From NCBI RefSeq assembly GCF_018977255.1, contig NW_024704743.1, forward strand, positions 85,128,001 to 85,192,000: a DNA stretch of 64,000 nucleotides. Direction: 5' to 3'. A program made the translations under genes and the position numbers. The first letter of the stretch is position 1. Each line of letters opens with the position of its first letter. The notes under the pieces were generated by a model that was not told where the DNA came from, made no database searches, and saw only the letters and a list, made by a program, of their open reading frames with translations. Shown here in pieces: positions 1-10,849 of the stretch. The DNA is from Callorhinchus milii. Its lineage: Eukaryota.

Positions 1-170
1 GACCTTGCTTCAACATCTCATCTAAAGGACGGCACCTTCAACATTGCAGCACCCCTAAACCCTGCATTCGAGTGTCAGCATAGACTGTGTGAGTTCAAGT
101 CCTGACCTGGGGCTTGAACCAACAACCTTCTGACCCAAAGACAAGAGTGCTACCACTGACCAGGCTGACA
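1..170 (-). mobile_element. DeuSINE/SacSINE1-like SINE, 5' part (cut by window edge)
   Basis: Reverse strand has ggtagcactcttgtc..gaaggttgttggttcaagcccc head and gatgagatgttgaa segment shared with other copies (e.g. 29708-30052). Confidence 0.75.
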
Positions 171-2044
171 CAGTCAATATCCACACCAATTATTGTGGAT
201 ATCTGCTAAACAGTCCAGTTATTGGTGTATGTAACATCATGCGCAAAATATTCATCTGAACATTTTCACTGCAATCCAACTTCACTGTCACTTTCGTGTC
301 CTGATTCGGACAAGGTCATCCGGGGTATTGGGCTGCGATGTTGGTGAAATTAATTAGTTCAACATAAGCTTACATAAGATCACCTACAAACTACGATTAT
401 TACAATTTATCCTGTAAAGTACATTGAGTCATCCACTTGAAAGGCGCTATATCAAATTTTAAAATGATCCTTATCTAGATAGGTGGAGTAAGGTTTGGGA
501 TCAGAATGGACTAAATAGATAAAGGTAGAAATGGGAAATGAAATGGATCAAAGTGTGCAGGGGCGGGGGAGTACTTGGTAAATCTCTGCTCCTACATGTC
601 AGTCCTATTTGACTTGCATTTCAACACGGGTGACCATCTAGAAACTGAAAATATGCCCTGCCTGGGTCGATTATCTGTGGGGTAAATTGTTTTGATCCCC
701 CAGAACTGTAGTAGCCTATCTTTTTGGTCGGCCAACAAAATACATTTTCTTAATTAAACATTTCCTGATTTATGGCACACAATATTCAGTCAAGAAAAAC
801 CTAGAAACATATCAAACGAACACAGACTGACTTAGACTAGTGCGAATGTTCTTGACGGGCTGCAGTTTGGCTGGCATTGGCCTTGACCGCTTCATGTCCT
901 CACATTGTTTGAGTGAAGTGATTTGGAAGGAAAAACGAATTTGAAGTACCTTTGTATTGCAAAGCAATTCAACAAACATCACTACATTTAGTGTGTTGTC
1001 CTTGAACAAGGAACTGATTAGCAGGAATTGATTCCTGAAAATGTTATTGCTGGGTGATGCATTAGAGAACTTTCTGAGATATTATTACAAACAATTTAAT
1101 GCTGTACCACTGCATCGAGAGCTCTAACTCTTGATGAGAACCCCAGGCAATGAGAAATTATCACCTTTCTCAAAAGTTTGCAATCTTTCGCTTAATTGGA
1201 AATTTCACATCCATTGATTGTTAAAACAAGTTAATGGGCTTTCCATAATGCCTTTGACAACGCAAGTATGTTTAGCTGCAGGCGATAAGTCTGACCCATG
1301 TACTTGAAGTCGCTGTAATGTCCTGAGAGGCAATGAAGGGGAGAGTAACGAGGATGATCCTCAATGTCACAGAAATGAGCTATGAGCAGCAAATAGACTG
1401 GCAAGGGCTCTTCAGTCTTCAGAGAAGATGTCTCGGAGGGGACATTATAAGGGAATAAACCATTTTGAATGGGATTAAAAAAGTAAGCACTTCAGGATGC
1501 CAGGATTTATGCTCCACGTGAGCCCCCACCCATCCTAACCTCACTGCTCCCTCCCTAGCCTTTCACCCCTCCCCATACCCCTCTATTTTCTACTTTCTCA
1601 TGTATGTAATATAGTGCTGCACTATAAGCAAAGTAGCTCTGCCAGGCTGCCACCACAGTCTCCTGAACTGGGTCTTTATCCTGTCTCTGGTGATGACCAC
1701 ATCTGAGGCACCAAGTTAATCGCTCTACCCCAATGTGCTGTGTATTCCACCTGTGGATGAGATGAGCAACCTGGAAACAACCAAACATGCATATAATTCA
1801 GATTTCACGCCGTGCTTTGCATTATGCCATGCAGAGCAAAAGGCTGTCTATACTTCATTCTAAAGGAAGTTATCTGAAATGTATCAGTATTTTTTTTAAG
1901 CTAACATTTCGCATTATAAATGGGAAAGCATTTCAAACTTGGTCTGTTCTTCTTGAGGAAAAAGCACACGCAGAAATAAACCACTCAATGCAAAATGGAT
2001 GCAGGTGAGATAACTGAGAGAGTGTTATAAACTTCAATATTTAT

Positions 2045-2205
2045 TACAAACAAAAACACAGATTGCTGGGAGCACTAAGCAGGTCAGGCAGCATCTATGG
2101 AGAAAGGAAAAGGGGTCAACGTTTCGGGTCCATAATTCTTTGTCAGAACTGGGGTATGTTGGAAGGGAGAGGTTTTAAGGACTAACAGAAAGTGGAGGCG
2201 GAGAC
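2045..2205 (-). mobile_element. Penelope-like element remnant with degenerate hammerhead core
   Basis: Minus strand reads pyrimidine-rich tract, CTGACAA-agaattatggaccc-GAAACGTT, then agatgctgcctgacctgct..gtgtttttg, matching my recollection of chondrichthyan Penelope-derived repeats. Confidence 0.6.
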
Positions 2206-2694
2206 ATGTGAATATCAGTAGCATATGCAGAGTAATGATTCACCCTTGGTGCACCAAGATAGAATACTGAGTTATACTCCTCTCCTCATTATCTGTTATT
2301 GGAGATGAGCTCATCTGGGTCAAAGATTTTTACACAATAATCAGGTTAAGAAGAGGACTTAAAAAGATTCTGTTTTTTTGATTTTTTTTCTCTTGCATTA
2401 ATATTTTTCGCATTTTACAGCCATCCTGAAAATTGCCTAAATCCTAACTCTCTGCTACTTTGAATATATGAATATTTAATGTTGCTCGAGTCCTGGGAAT
2501 TTCAAAATATTTTCTGAAGTAAGTCCTCTGCAGTGATGACTGTGTCAGAGCTTGTGGAATGCATGAGAGCAAAGACCATCTGAACATTTTCCAAGATCTT
2601 TGGATAAACATCATTCAGAACATTAAATAAAGTCTATCATTTGTGAATTGAATAGACAAATTAAGTAGTTTGTACTAATTGAACCATTCTTACT

Positions 2695-2731
2695 CTGTGC
2701 GTGTGTGTGTGTGGGGGGGGGGGGGGGGGGG
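2695..2731. repeat. (GT)n microsatellite followed by G19 run
   Basis: Directly visible. Confidence 0.9.
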
Positions 2732-3174
2732 ATGTTGCCTGCTCCATCTCTTTGTGCAGTAACAGTTTTGTATTAGAGGTGAATATAAGTAGAGGGATAT
2801 ATGAAAAGTTATTATGGACAGATTAGGTATATTTTGATTGAAAAGAAAGTTCAGAAGTTGTGTCTTATAGAGCAGGAAGCTGCCGATTAAAATCCCGGTT
2901 TGTGCTGAGTTTGTGTCAGCAAGGGTTGCATGGGAGGCTGAATTGGCCACAGCTTTTTAAGGGTTAGAATAGGGAAAACCAACTTAAAAAAATAAAAAGA
3001 TTCAATATATTTTTAAAAAACTCTTTGTAAACTCTTACTGGTCATGGGTACAGTTTTCATGCTATAAATCTTAAACTCATGAAATTTATCAAACTGAAGT
3101 GATTGACTACCAGTCACAGAATTTAAGCTTTAAAGACTCAAAATCTTCTTTTGTCTTTATTTTTAAAACTCAAG

Positions 3175-3265
3175 GATTTCTGGATCCAGAAAAGAAACTT
3201 TTCTCCCATCGAATTCTTTCAAGGGATGAATGTATTGATCCTTATTCTAAAACTGGGAATCTGAG
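3175..3265 (+). CDS. CTDP1: CTDP1/FCP1 internal coding exon (human exon 6 equivalent), FCP1-homology phosphatase domain
   Basis: Pyrimidine tract and ..caag acceptor, AG|gtaagt donor; 91 nt; translates (G)FLDPEKKLFSHRILSRDECIDPYSKTGNL(R), near-identical to vertebrate FCP1. Confidence 0.97.
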
Positions 3266-3956
3266 GTAAGTAGTGTATGTGAATCTTAGGATTCATGTTG
3301 ATATGTACTTTGGTTTAATTGCAGAACAGAATGGATCTAGAAAAAATATTAGATACACAATTACACAGAACGTTACACCATGAAAACAGGCTATTTGGCC
3401 CAACTAGTCTAAGCTACTAGTATTTTTCCTCCAAACGAGTCTCCATCTCTCTTATACCCCTCCATTCCTTTCTCCCTCGTGTGGGCACAGAACTTCCTCT
3501 TAAATACACTGATTGATTAAAATCACAGTGCCACGATTGCCATTTTCACTACTCATACCCATGCGGCCAGCTGTCTCCCTCCCTGCGAACGGGCCAGCTC
3601 CTACTCCAACAAATAAAATCCAATTTCTGGGTCATTGGCTGATCCAATAGAAAAGTGAGGACATTTTTGCAACAACAACAAAAATCGCAAATCTTGCAGG
3701 GTAATTGCAGAGGGCTTTGTTGAGTTTTGCGGGGAATTTGCGGGGGTTGATTGGTGTTATTGAGGTGTGTTTTACTGGTATGTTATTTTCACTTTATTGA
3801 TAAGAGCTAAACATATGGAAATAACACATATTAAATTGTCGCAGAAAAATTGTTAATTGCTTCATTAACAAAAACTGAGTGGCCTTTTTGGGGGGGACGG
3901 GGGAACACCAGCGAGACTACAGGAGCTTACTACCTACTGCCTCTCAGGGCCGGCAC

Positions 3957-4365
3957 TGCACACAGAGACCCAGAGAGAGAGAGAGAGACACACACACACA
4001 CTCACTCAGAAACATGGAGAGAGATACGTACACACTCAGACACAGAGAGAGATACACACACTGATGGACACAAAGAGAGACACTGAGAAACACAGAGAGA
4101 GACATGCACAAACACAGACACAGAGAGAGACAGAGACCCACACACTCGGAGACAAAGAGAGAGACATACACATAAACACAGAGAGAGAGAGAGACAGACA
4201 CTCACAGACAGCGAGGCACATCCTCAAAGAGAGAGAGGGAGAGACATACGCGCACACCTATAGACACAGAGACTCACACACAAACAGAGAGACCCACATA
4301 GAGACACTCATAAATACACATAAAAGATACATAGATACACTCATTTAGACACAGGCACAGACAAT
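3957..4365. repeat. Compound (AC)n/(AG)n low-complexity microsatellite
   Basis: Directly visible; explains the overlapping RETHT/SLSLC ORFs. Confidence 0.9.
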
Positions 4366-5867
4366 CACAACAACAGTGGGGCCCCCGAGTGTAGCCCCTC
4401 TGCCCACAGTGACATCAGGTAAACAGCACAAGTGGCCCGCAGGCTGGAAACTACATTTATGGTGGGTTTGTAGCAGGCAAGGGTCATTATTGCACTTTTC
4501 TATCAGCCCAGGTCATCGGAGAGCTGCCTATGTCACTTCCATGGTGTTGCCAGTGTCACTCCTGCAAACTGCACATGTCCCTTAAGAACCACCCTAGCGG
4601 TTAGCACTTTGGCTTGCAGGTTTAACTGGGACTGAATGGGAAGAATTCCCCTGTAACTTGGAATTAATAACAAAAGCCATCATGACAACCATCAAAGCCT
4701 TGAATCATTTCAGCTAGGTCAAAAACACTTTAATTTGCAACATATCCCCCATTTGGGCTGCTTGGTGTGTGGAATGGAAATTATTCTGTAAAATCCAACT
4801 TTGGATCAAAAAGCATGCAGGCTGTAGCATAACCCATCATCTGGAGTAACTTTATATTAAAAAAAATCAAGCCCGCTTCCTAAATGCTTCATGGTAAAGA
4901 AAAAAAATCTTGAATTTTTCAAGTATAAAAAAATTGATCCATAATATTTAAATTGAAAATATAATTAAAGCATGTCACAAACTGTCCCCTGAGTGTAGAT
5001 GAGTTCCCGACAGTCTTGCTCTGCTCAGGCACTTGTGTGAATGATATTAACACTACAGGATTGAGTAGAACAACAACAATTTCACACAGGATAACATCGC
5101 AGAGTTCCTTCTTAAAAAAAATGTCACAGTTCCAGTCCAATTCAGCGTTTTTCCACTGAATTTTAATTGACAGAGTCCACAAATACTCACAGAGATGGTA
5201 GATTTTATGGTGCATATTCAATACAAATGCCTTAAGAAAGAGAATGATCTTTACATTTGCAAATCTTACCTTAGCTCTTAGTTTGCAGCTGCAGCTCAAA
5301 AGGTCTTGAGTCTGTACCAGTTTCCAATGCAGACTCCTCAAACATTCCTTCTTCCAGTCAAACAGCCTGAAAGCGCTCTTGGGTTCTTGATGAAGACTGG
5401 TTGCTTGGGCCAGGTACTGAAGGGCTGCTTTTGGCACATGAGTCATTGCCTTGTGCAGAGAAGTGGAGAAAAGTGAGCTGGATAAAAAGACAGTTGTAAG
5501 AAGCTTGAAGCTCCATTATCTGACTGAAACATCCCTTAAGATGTGATTTGCTACTGTGTGCCAGTTAACAATCAGTCTTCGCAGGGATTCACATTTCCAT
5601 TGAGAAGATCACTTCCTATTCACAACAAGGTGTTTTTGTTTGGAATGCACTCTTGAGGAATGAACTGAACTTTGTTATACAATTCCCTGTGGTTCACATG
5701 TCAAAGAACATCAGCAAAAAGAATGCGTTTTCATGCAGTGACATTAAGGCTGCTAACTAATATAAACGTGTATTTGTTGAACAGCATCTCAGTGATACTA
5801 ATTGGGATGAAAGGAAATAATTCTATTTTTAATCATTAACTCAATGCTAGGTAATTTCTTATATGTT

Positions 5868-6240
5868 GGGAGTCCTGTAGCTCAGTGGTTAGAGCAGTCG
5901 CCTCGCAGGCGAGAGACCTGGGTTAAATTCCCGGCAGGACAAAATGTTGGGCAAGTTTCCTTACTCCACACGCCTCTGTTTACCTAGTTGTAAGTAGAAA
6001 CCTGGTTCTCAGTCAATTGGAGAATTGCTTTTCAGGGGCTAATAATTCCTTCAAAATAAATGTCAATATTGGTCACTTCAATCCATGACTGTTTTGTGGG
6101 ATACTGCTGTGCGTAATTGGCTGCCGTGTTTCGCCCACAAAATATACAGTCGATTCACTTTAGAGTATATTCTGTGAAGCGTTTTGAGACATCTTGAATA
6201 CGTGATAAGGCGCTATATCAAATGCAAGGATTATTATTAT
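5868..6240 (+). mobile_element. tRNA-Ala-headed SINE, long form
   Basis: ggagtcctgtagctcagtggttagagc head (A box), B-box-like ggttaaattcc, ~65-bp extra middle segment, L2-type tail ending (att)n. Confidence 0.9.
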
Positions 6241-6873
6241 ATTGTTTATAGCATTACCATACAAGATGAAAACCCTACTAAGGACAGTCATCCCATGAAT
6301 TTGCACTTGTGGATTGCTCGGAACATTACTGAGGGTGGAGAAAGTAAAGTGCAGCGCCATTATACCCCTGCCTCATTACAGTGCTTTTTCGGTTCCAACG
6401 CAAATGGCGTATGGACCCCATACACTGAGCATGTGAGTAGCCATGCAACTAAGTGACCATCCACTGGCTGTTTCCCGTGCTAAGAATGTCCGACATTAGT
6501 TTGTTGCTGCTATGCGTGTTAAGGAAGCCATACGTTAATAATCTGATGGACTGGAAATCAGCCTTCGTGCAGCAACTGGATGGCACATGGGAATCCTGGC
6601 TGGCAACCCCAACGATTGCCAGCAAGGCACCATCATGAGAAAGTTGCATGATAGCCATAGCTTAAAACATGCTCAGGAGTCCTAATTCAGCAAAGGTCGA
6701 CTACCTCTTACTATTGCTTCAAATGCCCATAAAGCAATATTTATAGCAAACAATGCTCCTGGACCGTTGTATAATTTCTACAACTGCTACTGTGAACGTG
6801 TAGATAGGAACATGACTCTTTGGTCCTATGCTAATGTGTTTGTATTTCTCACTATCCTTTTCTTTTGATTCAG

Positions 6874-7040
6874 AAATCTCTTTCCATGTGGTGATTCTAT
6901 GGTTTGCATCATCGATGATCGTGAAGATGTTTGGAAGTTTGCTCCCAATCTGATAACAGTGAAAAAATACACGTATTTTCAGGGAACTGGAGATATCAAC
7001 GCCCCACCTGGATCGAGGGATTCACAAGTGAAAAAGAGAG
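6874..7040 (+). CDS. CTDP1: CTDP1 coding exon (exon 7 equivalent), end of the phosphatase domain with the IIDDREDVW motif
   Basis: ttcag acceptor, G|gtgagt donor; 167 nt; (R)NLFPCGDSMVCIIDDREDVWKFAPNLITVKKYTYFQGTGDINAPPGSRDSQVKKR; phase matches both flanking exons. Confidence 0.98.
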
Positions 7041-7254
7041 GTGAGTACTTAACAAATAGTGCCGCAGTGCTCAAACAAGGTTTCAAAGCCCCGCATCTTC
7101 CTCTATGAAATAATTTGCTGCAAATTATGTTATTGTGGAATCAACTAGTATTTGTATCTGTACGCTTGTTTTATTTGGTCACTGAACTGAAAGAAAGTGA
7201 TGTGATTGCACTAATATTAGCTGGCGAGCATACTTTCCTTTTATTGTTGGGGCT

Positions 7255-7400
7255 GGAATTATTCAATTTATTGTAAATCAGGACCCCCAGGTCCTTTTCA
7301 ATTTCCATACATATTATTTTCCTTCTGTTCAAATAATAGTCCCTTCCAGGATTTTTTGTCCCCGTGTGAAGAACTTTACATCGTAAATTATTCTGTATCT
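7255..7400 (-). mobile_element. CR1-type LINE reverse transcriptase fragment
   Basis: ORF 7171..7425 contains CKVLHTG..N..YYLN..EKDLGVLI, typical of CR1 RT C-terminal region. Confidence 0.7.
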
Positions 7401-7859
7401 TGTTCTGCTGTCTTGATGCATCCAAAAGTGTTGGTCTGGGTTTACTTACCCAATCCCTTCAAGTTCTTTATTCTCCTTTCTGATACTCGGGGCTTTTTCC
7501 AGCGCACTTCATCCACTGAAAGTGATTCTTAAGATAACTTACCCAGCGTGGTAAGTAAGTGGTTTATTTCAAGTGAAGTACCCCGGAGCCAGACTAACGC
7601 TCTTCCCTTCAGAAGAAGTAATTCCCTGTAAGCTCTTTGAGACATTCTAACATGAAAAAGGACGATTTAGGACTTTTCTAGACTACTAAGGATTTTTCTG
7701 AACAAAGAAAGTTATGTAGGTTTAAAGGTGAGTTTCACCTCTTCTCTCACCTGCCCTACCACTCAACAAGTAAGATTAATTAATCTCTCCCGTACTTATG
7801 TTTCAGTTGCAAATTAGCAATTTGTTTCTAATTTTGTTTTGTTTGGGTCTGTTTTACAG

Positions 7860-9017
7860 TAAACCATTCATCAAAGCCCACAGAAGGTTCTGAACAGCCA
7901 GCGCCCACCTCTGCAGAAACTGTTAGTGCAAGCAACCGTTGTGCTGAAGAACCTGAGGCTAAAGAGCAGAGCAATGGTCTCAGGGAGTGTTCCAAGAAGC
8001 AGAATGGCAGCAGTGTTGATGTGAATGAAGAATCGATTAAATGTGATGAATCTGTAAAATGTGAATCTAGTATAAATCCTTCTCCTTCACAAGACAGAGT
8101 AAATGAAAGGTTATCCTCGTGTGATCCCACCAATGCTTCTAGCACAAAAACTGTTGTTTCTGATGCTTCTTCGAAAGTAAACGAATCCGAACTCTCTTCT
8201 GAGTGTAGTAGAAAGACGGCAGAATGTAATGTAGAGCAGCCTGACAAAGTTAGTGAAAGTCAGTTGACTGCCACTCAGGTCAGCAGTGAGATGGACTTTG
8301 ATTTGTCGAGTGACAGTGACGGTGAATCTGTGGAGGCCAAAACAGCTTCTGCTTCACCCTCGCGTACCTCTAGCTCGGATACCGAGAAGGAACAAAAATG
8401 TTTGAATGAGAAAAAGTCCAGTAAACAGCCCACGAAAGAGGCCAATGTCCAATTGGAAGCAGGACTCAACCATTTAGAGAAGGAGCAAGTGGACCCTCTG
8501 CCTGAGCCAGACTCGCAAGATAAGAGCACAGACCAAGGACTTGAGGCAGAAGATGATCAGGATTCTCTTGGTGACGTGGGAAATGGGTGCAACGATAAGA
8601 AAGAGGCAGAAACAGAGTCGCAAAACAGCGAACAGTCTGGAGTAACAATGGGGGAGTCTTTGGACCAGAGCATGGATGTGGAAGAAGAGGAAGAAGAAGA
8701 CCAAGATTGTGATGACCATTTGGTCTACCTGGAGACTTGCTTAGTCCAAGTGCACACAGAGTATTATGCCCAGTATGAAAAGCATCTTCGAAACGAGAGA
8801 CAAGTGCCTGATCTGCGTAAAATTGTACCAGAATTGAAGAGCAAGGCACTTGAAGGCATAACTATAATATTCAGTGGACTTTATCCCACAAATTACCCAA
8901 TAGAAAGGACAAGGGAGTGGTATCATGCCACTACACTTGGAGCCAAGGTTAACAAAACCTTATCCTTGAATCCCAAAGACCCCAATAGGACAACTCATTT
9001 AATTGCTGCTCGACCTG
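7860..9017 (+). CDS. CTDP1: CTDP1 large coding exon (exon 8 equivalent): acidic/Ser-rich linker, central RAP74-binding region, N-terminal part of BRCT domain
   Basis: ttacag acceptor, G|gtaagt donor; 1158 nt, phase 1-1, open frame (contains ORF 8021..); motifs DFDLSSDSD, KEAETESQNSEQSG, DDHLVYLE, PDLRKIVPELKSK, IIFSGLYPTNYP, THLIAARP. Confidence 0.97.
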
Positions 9018-10849
9018 GTAAGTGTATCAGTCTATGTTACTTTCTGAGGTTTTGAGGACTCTTTTGGAGGTAGAGATGATAAATGTTAATATATACTTAT
9101 TCTTCATAAAGTTTAGGCACTGTAGACTGGATTGAAACAGAATTTGTTCTCCAGGACATGACAAGATTGCTTGCTGATAGCTTATTGTTACTCTATCTGA
9201 AATGGCTCGAAAAGTATAAAAGATTTGCTAGAAATTTATTTAACCACCTAATAGTGTCATTTTTTGCTGCTTCCATGATCACGCTATGATCTCAAGCATA
9301 GCCTTATTTACAATTTCTAGTTGTGCCTGTTGAAAGAAAGGTTTCAGAATTGGTTATAAAATAAATTGGTTATTCTGCAAACACACACATTTTTGAAAGT
9401 TGACTTTTTCGGGGTAGTAAATATTACGCAACTTATAGTTGGCAATAGATTTGTTGCTTTCCCTTCAACAGATTTTAGCTGTTTGTAAAGATGAGCATCA
9501 TTTTACTGTGATGTTTGTTGGTAATAAATAATAACATTAAAATATTTGTACAATTCTACTTAGGCAAATTGGACCTGACAGCAGATTTAAACTTTCAGAG
9601 CCTCCAGGTCTTTTGAAATAATCTTCAGGTCTTCAGCATGAGTGAGTCTACGTAATTCATGAGCATTCTGTTGTGCAGAATAGGTGGGGGATAAGACCGA
9701 GAAGCAATGCTAATTCATCCCACTCCCCACACAGGCTTTATTTTTCTTTTTAAACCACACTCTCTTTACTTTGTCCTGTTTGCCCCCCCCTCCCCTCTTT
9801 TTCCCGGCCTAAATAACTTTGTTTGTACAAAACTACACATAGTGAAGAGAGATTAATGTTCTCATTACTCTTGATTATGTGGGTTCAATTGTTACTGTAT
9901 TTCTCACCTTACTATTAATTTCTTATCCCCCCTCCACCTCCTGTACATTCATGCACAGCTAATATTTGGAGTGTGTTATATTTGGCACTTTAAAGAAATT
10001 AATGGGCTGAATATTAACACGAGCTGGAGAAGAACTCGGTTCTCCCAGAAAACAGACAGTCTGAGAACCTATAAAGAAATGTTTGGAGTTGTGAGGCGAT
10101 TGTAATGTGAATTCTTGGTGATCCTGTTTTGGGTCCAGAAAAACATTGTGTTTTAATGGAACAAAACTGGCTGCCAATCCCACTTCCACGGTGTGGCTAA
10201 TGTCACTTCCTGTTTCTGATGCACACAAGCCGGTTCTTGTGGAGGCACAGATTGGGCCGGAGCCGGTGAGTGGGCACCAGAAGTGCACCATACTTTCAGT
10301 AACTGCAGGTCTGCACTATAAGTGGTCGCCGTCCTACAAGCAGATTGCATGCCATTAGTATTGGGGCTAAGTCACGGTTTCTAGTAAGGAAAGTATGGTG
10401 GTCACTGAAAGAAGAGATGTAATTTAGGATAAAGGTGACACCTGAGAGTTTGTGGGTGCAAATCTGACACAAAAGGCAAGAACCTTAGAAGTGTAAATAC
10501 TATACATTAATACAGAGATTTAAGGAAAGGAAGGTAAATGGGATTGAAAGGATTGCTCTTAAAAGCCAACACAGGCACAATAGGCAAATAGGGATTTTTT
10601 GCTGTAAATGTCTATGGTTATTTATAGGGAAAAGAGGGAATTGATCTGGAATATTCAAAAATGTACATGTGAGAAATATTTCTAATTATGGGGATTAAAG
10701 TTAAATAGCTTTAAGAATTGTTAAAGGATGAATTCACAAAGCTGTTTTACACAAAGTTGCTGTTGATGCTGGACATTGAGAAAGACTGTGAAAAAACGTT
10801 GCTTTCATTTAGTATTTCATGCTGAGCATGAGGTGGGGCATCACATTCA

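Noticed and set aside
2528..2590. GTGATGA...CTGA, possible C/D snoRNA
   Set aside because: Too short and lacks a terminal stem
3530..3890. Possible DNA transposon remnant in intron 6
   Set aside because: No convincing terminal inverted repeats or target-site duplication found
3850..4348. Six overlapping ORFs on both strands
   Set aside because: Produced by (AC)/(AG) microsatellite sequence lacking stop codons
7790..7859. Alternative acceptor at 7806 for exon 8
   Set aside because: Adds 53 nt and shifts the frame; the 7859 acceptor restores the conserved VNH junction
7828..8926. Several minus-strand ORFs (up to 139 aa)
   Set aside because: Antisense shadows of CTDP1 exon 8
9018..9055. Tail of the 344-aa ORF (KCISLCYFLRF)
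   Set aside because: Read-through past the exon 8 donor into intron; the GTG start at 8021 is also internal to the exon
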